Shown here piece after piece: positions 20,617 through 30,933 of a stretch of 64,000 bases of DNA (the first letter of the stretch is position 1; each line of letters starts with the position of its first letter). The notes beneath the pieces are model-generated. The model made no database searches. It was not told where the DNA came from and worked only from the letters and a program-made list of their open reading frames with translations. The translations under genes and the position numbers were made by a program. This DNA comes from an uncultured candidate division Zixibacteria bacterium. Its GTDB lineage: Bacteria > Zixibacteria > MSB-5A5 > GN15 > FEB-12. The stretch spans positions 352,001-416,000 of the forward strand of contig CAWDXE010000001.1 of the NCBI GenBank assembly GCA_963806185.1, in the 5' to 3' direction.

Positions 20617-21789
20617 TCACCGTCCCTCGAGCCATGACTGCGCATACTCCTGATCAAGCGTCTCTTTTACATTCAACGTCGGCCGCAAGGGGGCATAGGT
20701 GTCGATCATGATGGCGTATTCTTTGGTCTCCCGCTTGCCGATCGACTCCTCCGTCTTACCCGGTTGCGGGCCATGGGGCATGCCGCCCGGATGGAGGGTA
20801 ATCGAACCTTCTTTCACCCCTTTGCGCGACATGAAATCGCCCTCTACGTAGTACAGCACCTCGTCGCTATCGATATTCGAATGGTAGTACGGCGCCGGGA
20901 TCGCCTCAGGATGGAAATCGTACAAGCCGCGGGACAAAGTTGCACAGAATGAAATGGCCGGTCTTGAAGCAGAGATGCACCGGCGGCGGCAGGTGAATCC
21001 GCCCCACTTTGGGATTATAGCTCTTGATATTCAGCGCGTACGGGTACAGGTACCCATCCCAGCCGACCACTCCGAACGGATGGTAGGGCATGATATGCTC
21101 GAAATGCTGGTTCCCGGCCTTGAGGATGACGCGAAATTCGCCGCTCTCCGGGTGCGGTTCCATGTACTCCGGCACCTTGAAATCGCGCTCGCAATACGGC
21201 GCATGCTCGGCCATCTGGCCGTAGTCGTTGCGGTAATGATTCGGGATTTCGTAAGCGGTGTCCGACTCGCAGATCATGATCTTGTTTCCCGCCTTGTAAT
21301 CGTCGAACTTGATCTGGTAGGTGACGGCGCGCGGAACGATGATCTGGTCCCCCTCTTCGATGCGGAATCTGCCCGAACTCCGAAAGGAATACCCCTTTGC
21401 CGCGGTGAATGAAAATGTATTCCGCGGCGTAGGCGTTGCGGAAGAAAGTCGTTGGTATCCTCGGTGACGTTGGCGGTCGAGATGACGCAATGCGGGTTGC
21501 GCAGAAAGACATTGCGGGCGGTGATGAAATTGCCGCCCGTCTTCTTGTTGTCGGTGAAGAAGTGGTAGTAGAGCACCGGGGCATCGGGCCAGTCGATATT
21601 CTTCTCCACGCCGAGCGGCGAGACGCGAAGTACGGCCGTCGGCAGATTGTGGTAGTACTTGTTCGAGTAGACGCCCGAGAATCCCTTGCTGGAAAACAGC
21701 TCTTCCCGATAGAGCGATTTCCCGTCCTTCTTGTAGAACGTCGTGTGCTTGACTCGCGGTATCTCGCCTACCTTATGGTAAAACGGCAT
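20617..21789 (-). CDS. hmgA: Homogentisate 1,2-dioxygenase; about three frameshifts
   Basis: GFSG-YS, VVGWDG, IHLPPPVH, PYYHSN-DSDE, TLHP-G--HGP spread over four frames. Confidence 0.85.
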
Positions 21790-21826
21790 GATTTCGTTCC
21801 CTTCTCTTCCCGGTTACTACCGCGCC

Positions 21827-22968
21827 TCAGCAGGGCGGCATGACTTCTTCGGGTGACCGTTCCAGATTCCCGCGCAGTTTCTGATCGAGTTCGATCGACT
21901 CAAACAGCGCCTGGAAATTCCCTTTGCCGAATCCCTGGCTGTCGCCGCTCCGCTGGATGAATTCAAAGAAAAACGTCGGGCGGTCGCCGGTCGGCTTGGT
22001 GAATAGCTGGAGCAGGTAGCCGTTGGACTCTTTGTCGCAGAGGATGCCGTGCTCCTGCAGGTCGTCGATACTCTCTTTGATATTCAGATCCTTGCGGCCG
22101 CGCAGGTAATCGTAGTAGGTGTCGGGGACTCTGAGGAATTCGACGCCGTTGTTGCGCAGGGCGGAAATCGTCTTCACGATATCGTCGGTCCGGATCGCGA
22201 TGTGCTGGACGCCCGACCCGTAGTACTGCTCGATATACTCCTCGATCTGTGATTTCTTGAGTCCCTCAAACGGTTCGTTGATCGGGTTGCGAATCTTGCT
22301 GTCCTTACTGCGGACCACTTTGGAGAGGAGCGCAGAGTATTTGCGTGCCGATATCGCCGGCCTTGAAATCGACAAACGTCTCGAACCCCATCGTCTTGTT
22401 GAAATAGTCGGCCCAGAGGTTCATTTCGTTTTCGCGGACATTGCCCGACGATGTGATCGACATACTGAATGCCGGTATCCTCGGTCGCCAGATTCAGGTT
22501 CTGAAGCGGCCGGCAGTAGCGCGGCTTGAAGATCCCTTTGTAGTGGTCGCGATTGACATAGACCAGTTCGGTGTCGTCGTAGAGACGGATGGCCGCCTCT
22601 TCGACATACCCGTTCTGATCCTCGATCTTGTACGGACGGGTGACCATCACGGCGCCGTTCCGGGTGGCGAATTTGAACGCCTCCTCGACATTGTCCACCT
22701 CGACCGCCCACCGCTTGACGCCGTCGCCGTGACGCTGGATGAACCCGTAGACGTCGTAGCAGGAGGGTTGGAGGGGGGAGGTGATGACGAACTGGATATT
22801 GTTTTTGGTCAGATAGTAGGAGACGCGGTCGCGGACGCCGGTTTCGGGGCCAAGGTACCCCGTGATATTCATGCTCATCGCCTTGGCGTACCAGTAGGCG
22901 ACCATTTTGGCGGACCCGACGTAGAATTCGATATAGTCGTATCCGCGAATGCCCAGGACATCGGCCAT
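21827..22968 (-). CDS. hppD: 4-hydroxyphenylpyruvate dioxygenase; two frameshifts (~22444, ~22344)
   Basis: HGDGVK, DH-VGN, P-NEP, SQIEEY, GVQHIA, LLQ-FT, FFE-IQR, GFG-GNF-ALFESIE. Confidence 0.9.
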
Positions 22969-23168
22969 TGTCGTTTTCCTCAAAACCGTTACGTGGTGAC
23001 GTGACTTAACTTAGTGTTGTAACACCGGATGGCCCGGAATGGTTCACCCGGAGGCGGGGCGAAAAGGGAATCTTAGCGGCCCCATCGGCGGAAAAAGTAT
23101 AGTGAATAGGTCCATGTGGGGCAAGGGGATTGTGGGGGGGTGGGACGGGGACGCTGGCTCGTTCCGTC

Positions 23169-23225
23169 CCCCCAATGTCACCCCCGCCTTCCCCCAATGT
23201 CACCCCCGCCTTGAGCGGGGGCCCA
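23169..23225 (+). repeat. 22-bp tandem duplication ending in a REP-like palindrome
   Basis: cccccaatgtcacccccgcctt twice, the second copy continuing as tgtcaCCCCCGC-cttga-GCGGGGGccca. Confidence 0.75.
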
Positions 23226-23339
23226 TTCCTTTCCTCTCGTCATACTCAAGCCGCCCGACCCTTGTCATAAGGTAGGACAATGTGCTTCTAGCTGGACCTA
23301 CGGGGCTAATGGGGCCAAGCATGCCCGGTAAACTTCTGT

Positions 23340-25022
23340 GTGGTCAATTTTTCCGATAGACTGTATCTCCATGCTTCAATATGTTGGAAGCAGATGTCCC
23401 AATCTCTGAGGGTGGAACTCTTGACAATAAGGCGTCCAAAGGTGATTCCGTTCGAGTTGAAGCATGATCCGTGGTTTGGCCCCCACAGACGCGCCAAAGA
23501 GTGCCTTGAAAAGCGGAAGTTCATAGTCCCCGCAAACGTATTTGCTGGTACCCTCGCAGATCTTTTGGCCTGCAGTACGGACGATCTGCTCCATATCACG
23601 TTTTATGATTATTGTGATGGAAATGCGTATAGGTACACCATTGCCCTAGTCTTTACGCGGTCCGATTACCGCTTGAGACGATTAGTATACGAACGGGCAA
23701 CGGAGATCGTCGAAAAGACGGGATGGTACCCGTTAGTGCAGGGCGAGAGGCTGTCCAGCAAGAAGAACCAATTTGTTTTCGGAGATCATTTGTACGGTGA
23801 GCCGAATCGAGAATATAGTTTCAAAGGGGGTTTAATTGGCGTTAGCAGCGCTGCAGAACCTAACAACGGAGGCTGCTCCGTACGTGTTCATCTGACAGAC
23901 GGAACGCTACTTCTGGACCTCGGGCTCCCACCAGGTCCCCCGCTGTTGGACACCGACAAGCTCGCAATATTGTCGCATTTTCATCGCGATCATTGCGGGC
24001 AACTCCTTAACGAGGAGAGCAAATCGATCCGAGTCTTCACCTCGCAAATGACATTATCTTTGCTGACACAGATCGGAATTTTGCAGCCCGCAATCGTTCT
24101 GGAGAGATTGAGAATTCTGCGTAACAGTGTTCCCGTGAATCTTGGCAGAGAGGTTTCACTCGAAATATTCCCCGTGCCCCATTGCCCCGGGTCATCCGGA
24201 GTTCAGATTTCCGACACGAGATCTACACTGATCTATACAGGCGATATTTCCCTAGGTAGCCACCGACACAACTATATTGACGAGCTTTCCAGACGCTTGC
24301 GGCGCTGTCGTACGGCCAAGAAAATGCTTCTGCTCGACTCCACAATGCTCGGGCGACCCTACGGGGCATCAACGAATCGCCCCGCTTACGGGCTGTTAGA
24401 GCATTGTGGGAGATTCAGTGATATTGCGGTTGTGGCTCAAGACCTTGAGCAGCTACTCTATGCCTACTTGGACCTCTACTACGAGATTCGCTCAAGAGAA
24501 GGCCTCTATCGTCAAGCAGCCTTTCTGGTTCCAATTGAGCTTCGTCCGATGTTCACGTACCTGCATCGTGCTTTTATTGAGCGTGATATAGCTGAGCTGG
24601 ATCCTTTCATCTTGAGTCAATATGGGAAAGAGTTCTTGGCCTGGGGTGAATCCAGTTTCCTCTATTGGGTGGACGGCAGCGAACCCAAGGACTCTCTTCC
24701 ACAGGACAAACTGCGATTCTGGTTTGTGACCCCCCGCCACGCTGGGCTCATTTTACGAGATCGAGAACTAGCCCATGTGATAGTGGGACGAGAGGTAAAT
24801 TGGCTAGCGGAAGACTCAATCCCAGGCTCTCGACTAGACGTAGATACTACCTCTTGGTCGCTTCACTCATCTGCAGAAGTTCTGCAGATGACGATTGAGC
24901 ATTTCGCACAACACTGCACTGTTGTGCTCTTTCATAATTACCCAAAGAGAATTCAGCAGTTCATATCGCGACAGGGGCTGAAAGCGTACGCCTTAAGCGA
25001 TGAACTGATGCATATACAATGA
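23340..25022 (+). CDS. Metallo-beta-lactamase-fold beta-CASP-type nuclease with unknown N-terminal domain
   Basis: LLDLG, SHFHRDH, HCPGS, YTGD, LLDST, SLHSS, VLFH motifs; start uncertain. Confidence 0.75.
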   Translation: MVNFSDRLYLHASICWKQMSQSLRVELLTIRRPKVIPFELKHDPWFGPHRRAKECLEKRKFIVPANVFAGTLADLLACSTDDLLHITFYDYCDGNAYRYTIALVFTRSDYRLRRLVYERATEIVEKTGWYPLVQGERLSSKKNQFVFGDHLYGEPNREYSFKGGLIGVSSAAEPNNGGCSVRVHLTDGTLLLDLGLPPGPPLLDTDKLAILSHFHRDHCGQLLNEESKSIRVFTSQMTLSLLTQIGILQPAIVLERLRILRNSVPVNLGREVSLEIFPVPHCPGSSGVQISDTRSTLIYTGDISLGSHRHNYIDELSRRLRRCRTAKKMLLLDSTMLGRPYGASTNRPAYGLLEHCGRFSDIAVVAQDLEQLLYAYLDLYYEIRSREGLYRQAAFLVPIELRPMFTYLHRAFIERDIAELDPFILSQYGKEFLAWGESSFLYWVDGSEPKDSLPQDKLRFWFVTPRHAGLILRDRELAHVIVGREVNWLAEDSIPGSRLDVDTTSWSLHSSAEVLQMTIEHFAQHCTVVLFHNYPKRIQQFISRQGLKAYALSDELMHIQ

Positions 25023-25034
25023 TTTTCTGTTTAC

Positions 25035-25562
25035 TTACGGCCCACTTGGCCCCTCACCTGGCTTTTCTGTTGGATTTCCATGACTTAGGCTTCGCAAATG
25101 TTGAAAGTCTCTCGCTGCAAGAAGTGTCTGGTGTACAACCGCTCCGCTAATCATGTCCCGCCTAACGGCCAAAACAAATTCGCCAAGTAGGCGTTTTTGT
25201 GCCGAATCTTCCCTATTGGATCCGGACTGCACTGACTCCAAGAAGGCGTATGCACTTTTGATTACCTCATCGGGTGCGTATAGCCAACTTAGATTGAGCT
25301 GGCGCAAGAAATCCGCTCGTCGGGTCGAATCATCAGCTTGAACATAAAAACCCTGCGAGTTCTCGATTAGCTGATAATACCGTTCTTCCTTTCGCTCAAA
25401 CTGGCGCCATTTGAATTGACTCCTTTCATTCAGATACCACCCAAAGAACGCCGTCGCTATTGGAATCGCCGCCGAAAGCCCAAAACCGATAATACGCAAG
25501 AGGTGGAACCAACTATCCCTCGAATGATCAGTTGCGTCGAAGCGTGCATTTTGCCTCACCAC
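25035..25562 (-). CDS. Hypothetical protein with single N-terminal TM helix
   Basis: 175-aa ORF; SD GGAGG before GTG; hydrophobic segment IIGFGLSAAIPIATAFFGW. Confidence 0.65.
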   Translation of the reverse strand: MVRQNARFDATDHSRDSWFHLLRIIGFGLSAAIPIATAFFGWYLNERSQFKWRQFERKEERYYQLIENSQGFYVQADDSTRRADFLRQLNLSWLYAPDEVIKSAYAFLESVQSGSNREDSAQKRLLGEFVLAVRRDMISGAVVHQTLLAARDFQHLRSLSHGNPTEKPGEGPSGP

Positions 25563-25769
25563 TTTCCCTCCAATAGATGTTGCAACGAACCTCTTATCAG
25601 AAAATCGTCTAAGCGAGCGTCGTCAACCGAAATAGCTGGACCGCTGAGTCGACTATTATCTACTGCCTGTTCGAATTGCTATCCTGCATCCCGCCCTGCG
25701 CTCACCATAGATCAATCAATCCGCCTTGTCAAGGATGGCTGGTGGCCGCGAGGGCGTGAACTCCCTCCC

Positions 25770-25797
25770 CTGGATTCCCGCTTTCGCGGGAATGACA
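25770..25797 (-). repeat. REP/dRS3-like palindromic element
   Basis: Minus strand TGTCATTCCCGCGAAAGCGGGAATCCAG, with the ATTCCC-N8-GGGAAT core of dRS3-type repeats. Confidence 0.8.
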
Positions 25798-25946
25798 TGG
25801 GGGCGGGAAGGACAAGAGGGGCAAGATTGACAAGAGGGGCGGGAAGGACAGAGGGGCGAAAATGATATTTGGACGCTTGCTCTCGGGTGGATTCTAGTGC
25901 TACCCCCCCTAACCCCCTCTCCCCCAATACCTCCCCGTCTGTTTCA

Positions 25947-25974
25947 TTGACAAAAACGTATCCGGCCTTATATT
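25947..25974 (+). promoter_or_regulatory. Sigma70-type promoter of the S8 peptidase
   Basis: TTGACA-16 bp-TATATT. Confidence 0.6.
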
Positions 25975-26051
25975 GTACTGTCCTCACGTCACGCCCTTTG
26001 CCGATAGGTAGTACCATAGGCGGTTAAAACCCAGTTTCCGGAGGAGCCAAC

Positions 26052-28781
26052 ATGTTCCAGCACACGGCCAGATGGTCGCCCGCGCTTTGCGTTCTGGCAC
26101 TAGCACTTTTGATCACCGACGGTCAGTCGGCCCAAACTCGCCAACCCGATAACCGTCCGACCGCGGCTGTTGGTCTCAAAGCCCGCGCCATTCCCGAAAA
26201 GCCGGCGTCGGTCACCATCGACAACAACAAGCCGGGCGGCTATGTCGTTGTCAAATTCGACGAGGCCCGCCGCGTCCGCCTTCAGGCCGGAAGACTGGTC
26301 TCGCAGACCGGTTTATCGATCGACGAATCCGCGAATATCATCGAGCCGTACATCGCCAACCGCCTGACGCGCCTCTTCCATGTCGCCGATGAAGCACAAC
26401 TGGATCAGCGCAAGACCGAACTCGAGGCTCGCTCCGGCCAGCAGTTGGCCGACCTGAACAGCTATTATCAGATTCCGGTGACCAGCGGCGCTGAGGCGGC
26501 CGACCTTATCAATCGGCTGAATGCATCGAGCGAAGTTGAACTGGCCTTCTACCACCCGCCGTCAGAACCGGCCGGCGATATCGCTCCGCCTACTCCCAAC
26601 TACAAGCCGAATCAAGATTACCGCGAAGTTGCACCCGGCGGAGTCGATGCTGATTTCTTGAATACGCTGGCAGGTGGCGACGGCACCGGTGTGAAGATTA
26701 TTGACATCGAAGGAAACTGGAAGGATACACACGAAGACTTAGATAAAGCGGCCGGGAAAATCATCACCCCCAGTGTTATCATTGACCAGAGCTGGCGCGA
26801 CCACGGCACGGCGGTACTCGGCGAAATGATTGCCGGCGACAACGGCTACGGCGTGACCGGTATCTGCCCCGGCGCCGATGTCGGCATGGTGTCGATTGCC
26901 TCCCTTGCTACCTCGGCTGCTCTTTACACGGCAGTTCAGAATCTGACCCCCGGCGATCTGATTCTCATCGAGCTGCACGCACCGGGACCGCATTACAATT
27001 TCCAGAGCCGCACCGACCAGCTCGGCTACGTTTGCGAAGAGTACTGGCAGGATAATTTCGATGCCATCCAGTACGCCTGGGCGAGCGGCATCATTGTCGT
27101 CGAGGCCGGCGGCAATGGCGCCGAGAATCTTGACTCGGCCGTGTATTACGGCAATATGTTCGATACCACCTATCGCAATTCTCACGCCATTCTCGTGGGC
27201 GCAGGTTACCCGGCGGCGTCGGCTAGCGACCGCCAGAAGCACGGCTTCTCCAATTACGGCGAGCGAGTGAATGTGCAGGGGTACGGCTCAGGCGTGTATA
27301 CCACCGGATATGGTGGTCTGTTTAACGGCGGTGGTGATGAAAATCAATACTACACCGCAACGTTCAGCGGTACGTCGTCCGCCTCGCCGATTATCACCGG
27401 TTCGGCGGCTTGTCTGCAGGGGTATTACAAGGCGCTGTACGGCTCGCCGCTGACGTCAGACCAAATTCGGACGGCGTTCGTCGCGACCGGTTCGCCACAG
27501 CTTGGCAACACAGCTTTGCATATCGGCCCGCGCCCCAACCTTGCAGCCGCTATAGGAGTTGTCCCGGCGCCGCTGTCACTCTACTCGACGCCCATCATGA
27601 TTGATGACACCGTCCTGGAAAACACCAGTGCCAATGTCTCTCTGTGGCTGCACAACCGCTCCCTGTCGACGCCTGCGTCGTTTACTGTGGCCGATCCGGA
27701 CAGCGTGAACCTGCTTCGCGTTGTGCCAAACTGGCTGAGAGTAACGCCGACCTCGGGTGTTGTCCCGGCCAACGATTCGGTTGAACTGACCGTGACACTC
27801 GATGCCACGTTGCTGGCTGGTACGCTGGATCGGTACATCGGCGCCGTCGATGTGACCTGGGGAACTGTCCCGAATGACTCTCTGCTCCGCGTACCGGTGT
27901 TCCTCAAGGTGCCGTGTAATGACCAGTCCTACACTGCCATATCATCCAACGAAGTCGGCGGTCCGACCTATACCTGGATCGACGCTCGGGTGATGGGCAC
28001 CAAGATCAACAACGCAACATTCTATAACACGTTCGGCGGCGATCCGCTCGACGACGGTTCGGCCGGCCCGGTTGCCATCGGGTTTAATTTCAAATTTTAT
28101 GGCACGAACTATGCGCAGCTCTATGTGGGGGTAAACGGCGCGGTGTCCTTCACCAACAGCGAAGTCAACGTGAATGGATACTACAGCGGTCTTAGCCTTC
28201 CGGGGGCGCCCTTTACGACTTTCCTGCCGGTCTTCTGGTCGGATCTGCTCATTAGCACCAGCGCCGATCCCAATGCGGGCGTCTATGTCTACAAAAACGC
28301 GGCTGCCGACACGATAGTCATCGAGTGGTACCGGGTAGCCAATTTCAACGCGAGCGGAACGGTAGCCGACTTCGAATTGATCCTGTCCAAGAATGGGCGA
28401 ATCAAATGCCAGTATAAGGACGTCGAGAGCACGGGGCTGAATGCCACCGCGCTCATTGGCGTGGGTGGCAGCGGCTGTCAGGGAATTCCCTACTACGATG
28501 GCACCATCCCGGCGCACAAGATCTTTAATCTCGACGCCGTCCAGATTAATCCCGCTGGTGTGTTGACCATGGCCGGCAATGTTGATAATGATCCCGCGGC
28601 CGGGATCGACATTTCCGATCTGACCTACCTGATCCAGTTCCAGTTCCTGGGCGGAGACGCGCCGGTAGTCCCCCAGTCGGCTGACCTCAATTGTGATGGC
28701 AGCAGTGATATTGCCGATTTGACGCTTCTCATCCAGTTCATGTTCCTCGGCGGCTCGGACCCCTGCTATTTCATTCTCTAG
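26052..28781 (+). CDS. Secreted subtilisin-like S8 peptidase with BACON-like domain and C-terminal dockerin-like repeat
   Basis: Signal peptide; triad IIDIE / DHGT / FSGTSSA; oxyanion GNG; C-terminal D-SDLTYLI..F-GG / DLN-DG--DIADLT-LI..F-GG duplication. Confidence 0.9.
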   Translation: MFQHTARWSPALCVLALALLITDGQSAQTRQPDNRPTAAVGLKARAIPEKPASVTIDNNKPGGYVVVKFDEARRVRLQAGRLVSQTGLSIDESANIIEPYIANRLTRLFHVADEAQLDQRKTELEARSGQQLADLNSYYQIPVTSGAEAADLINRLNASSEVELAFYHPPSEPAGDIAPPTPNYKPNQDYREVAPGGVDADFLNTLAGGDGTGVKIIDIEGNWKDTHEDLDKAAGKIITPSVIIDQSWRDHGTAVLGEMIAGDNGYGVTGICPGADVGMVSIASLATSAALYTAVQNLTPGDLILIELHAPGPHYNFQSRTDQLGYVCEEYWQDNFDAIQYAWASGIIVVEAGGNGAENLDSAVYYGNMFDTTYRNSHAILVGAGYPAASASDRQKHGFSNYGERVNVQGYGSGVYTTGYGGLFNGGGDENQYYTATFSGTSSASPIITGSAACLQGYYKALYGSPLTSDQIRTAFVATGSPQLGNTALHIGPRPNLAAAIGVVPAPLSLYSTPIMIDDTVLENTSANVSLWLHNRSLSTPASFTVADPDSVNLLRVVPNWLRVTPTSGVVPANDSVELTVTLDATLLAGTLDRYIGAVDVTWGTVPNDSLLRVPVFLKVPCNDQSYTAISSNEVGGPTYTWIDARVMGTKINNATFYNTFGGDPLDDGSAGPVAIGFNFKFYGTNYAQLYVGVNGAVSFTNSEVNVNGYYSGLSLPGAPFTTFLPVFWSDLLISTSADPNAGVYVYKNAAADTIVIEWYRVANFNASGTVADFELILSKNGRIKCQYKDVESTGLNATALIGVGGSGCQGIPYYDGTIPAHKIFNLDAVQINPAGVLTMAGNVDNDPAAGIDISDLTYLIQFQFLGGDAPVVPQSADLNCDGSSDIADLTLLIQFMFLGGSDPCYFIL

Positions 28782-28988
28782 TAGCCGGGCCGATCAATTC
28801 GTCAGGCAGTCGGGCGAGAGCGCACCCTCTCGACCCGGCTGTTTCATGTCTGCCCTTCGCCCTCTTGCGCCGGTTTGTGTACAAGGATATATTGGACCTA
28901 TACAGGGCGTTTTTGCCTCTTCCATGGGCCCGTCTTTCCAGGCAGGACCGGTGCGCCCGGTGTTTTCGGTACGCGAAGGAGCAGTAAC

Positions 28989-30779
28989 ATGGTGACAGTT
29001 CGTGATGGATCAACGGGACGGGTGGACTTAAACAAATACCCGAAAATTGCCCGACTCCCCAACCATCTCAAGCAATTCATGGTCGATCAGCGCTACGACG
29101 ATTACACGCCGGTGGATCATGCCGTCTGGCGGTATATCATGCGCCAGGCCGTGCATATCCTTCGCGAAAACGCCCACCGGGTCTATTTCAAAGGACTATT
29201 GGATACCGGCATCAGCCTCGAGCGCATCCCCCGTATTGAAGAGATGAACGAGATCCTCGGTCGCATCGGCTGGGGAGCGGTGGCGGTGGACGGCTTCATT
29301 CCACCGGCCGCGTTTATGGAATATCAGGCCTATCAGGTGCTGGTGATCGCCTGCGATATGCGACAGATCAATCATATCGAATACACGCCGGCTCCGGATA
29401 TCGTTCACGAAGCCGCCGGCCATGCACCGATCATTGTCGATCAGGAGTATTCTGAGTATCTGCGCAAGTTCGGTGAGATCGGCGCCAAGGCGATGTCTTC
29501 AAAGAAAGACTTCGACTTATATGAGGCCATCCGTCTCCTGTCGATTCTCAAGGAAGCTCCGGACGCGGACGCCGGGGAGATCAGGAAAGCCGAAGAAAGA
29601 GTTGTCTGGCTCCAGAACAATCTGGGCGCACCCTCGGAAATGGCTCGCCTGTCGCGCCTGCATTGGTGGACGGTGGAATACGGTCTTATCGGCGACTTGA
29701 GCAAGTCGAAGATCTACGGCGCCGGCCTGCTGTCGTCGATCGGCGAGGCGGTGAGTTGCCTCGAAGACGGCGTGCGCAAACTTCCCTATGCTCTCGAGGC
29801 CGCCGATTTCGCGTTTGACATCACCACCAAGCAGCCACAGCTTTTTGTCACGACCGATTTTGAGCAACTCGATCGGGTGCTGGAGAATTTTGCCGACAGC
29901 ATGGCCTTCCGCCGAGGAGGTCTTTACGGTTTGCATATCGCCGTCGAGAACCAGAGCACGGCGACGGCCGTTTATTCGTCCGGGCTGCAGATCTCCGGCA
30001 TATTCACCGAGGTCATTGAGAGCGACGGCATGCCCGTGTATGTTCGCACCACCGGTTCAACCACTCTCGCCGTTAACAACAAGCTCCTCGCAGGTCATGG
30101 CAAGGACTACCACCGGGAAGGCTTTGGCTCGCCGGTTGGCCGGCTGAAGAACTGCCCCCGTCCACCGGAGTCGCTGGATGATTCCGCACTCAAGGAGTTG
30201 GGCGCTGAACTCGGCAAGCCGTCCACGCTTGACTTTGAGAGCGGCGTAAAAGTTGCCGGACGTCTGGACAGAATCGAGAGGCGGAACGGCTTCATCATCC
30301 TGGTCTCCTTCTCAGATTGCACGGTCACGTACAAGGGACTGACACTGTTTGAGCCGTCATGGGGAAACTACGACATGGCTGTTGGCGAGAGGATTGTCTC
30401 GGTGTTTAATGGCGCAGCCGACAAGGATGCCCACGAGCAGGTCGCCCTGGTAGCCAAGACGCGCACCATTAGAGTCCAAAATTCGGCCGAGGATCGCCGC
30501 CTGCACGAACTCTATCAGCTACTCCGCGAGATTAGAGAGAACGCAGCCGGCTTCGAACGGCTTGCCGGAATCTGGCACACCCTGAGTACCGACTTCACGC
30601 ATGACTGGCTGGCTTCGCTGGAGATTGTGGAAATCCTCCACACCAACCAACTGGACCCATCACTCGAGCAGGAAGTACGACGTTCGCTTGCGAAGGCAAA
30701 AGCCGTCCGTCCTGAATTGACCAAGTTGATCGACGACGGCTTACGGCTGATAGCAGAGTCAGCCGGTCGAGCGAGCTAG
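28989..30779 (+). CDS. phhA: Phenylalanine 4-hydroxylase, long form with C-terminal extension
   Basis: YTPAPD--HE--GH-P, W-TVEYGL, YGAGLLSS-GE, Q-FV; SD AAGGAG. Confidence 0.9.
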   Translation: MVTVRDGSTGRVDLNKYPKIARLPNHLKQFMVDQRYDDYTPVDHAVWRYIMRQAVHILRENAHRVYFKGLLDTGISLERIPRIEEMNEILGRIGWGAVAVDGFIPPAAFMEYQAYQVLVIACDMRQINHIEYTPAPDIVHEAAGHAPIIVDQEYSEYLRKFGEIGAKAMSSKKDFDLYEAIRLLSILKEAPDADAGEIRKAEERVVWLQNNLGAPSEMARLSRLHWWTVEYGLIGDLSKSKIYGAGLLSSIGEAVSCLEDGVRKLPYALEAADFAFDITTKQPQLFVTTDFEQLDRVLENFADSMAFRRGGLYGLHIAVENQSTATAVYSSGLQISGIFTEVIESDGMPVYVRTTGSTTLAVNNKLLAGHGKDYHREGFGSPVGRLKNCPRPPESLDDSALKELGAELGKPSTLDFESGVKVAGRLDRIERRNGFIILVSFSDCTVTYKGLTLFEPSWGNYDMAVGERIVSVFNGAADKDAHEQVALVAKTRTIRVQNSAEDRRLHELYQLLREIRENAAGFERLAGIWHTLSTDFTHDWLASLEIVEILHTNQLDPSLEQEVRRSLAKAKAVRPELTKLIDDGLRLIAESAGRAS

Positions 30780-30933
30780 TCCAGGGAACATCGATCCCAT
30801 TTTGAACGTTAGGCGGGCTACTGACGCTATTTCAAGCGCAGGCAAACGGAAATTTTATGACGGGTTTGCGGATGTTGGCTCGGCGCCAGAGTGCCGTCGA
30901 TTCGTCGAAATTATCAGCTTTAGTGGAGGCGAA

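Noticed and set aside
23169..23225. Tandem repeat as a CRISPR remnant
   Set aside because: Only two adjacent copies, no spacer, and no cas genes
28870..28910. TTGTGTACAA near-palindrome upstream of phhA as a TyrR/PhhR box
   Set aside because: It does not fit TGTAAA-N6-TTTACA, and is too short to call
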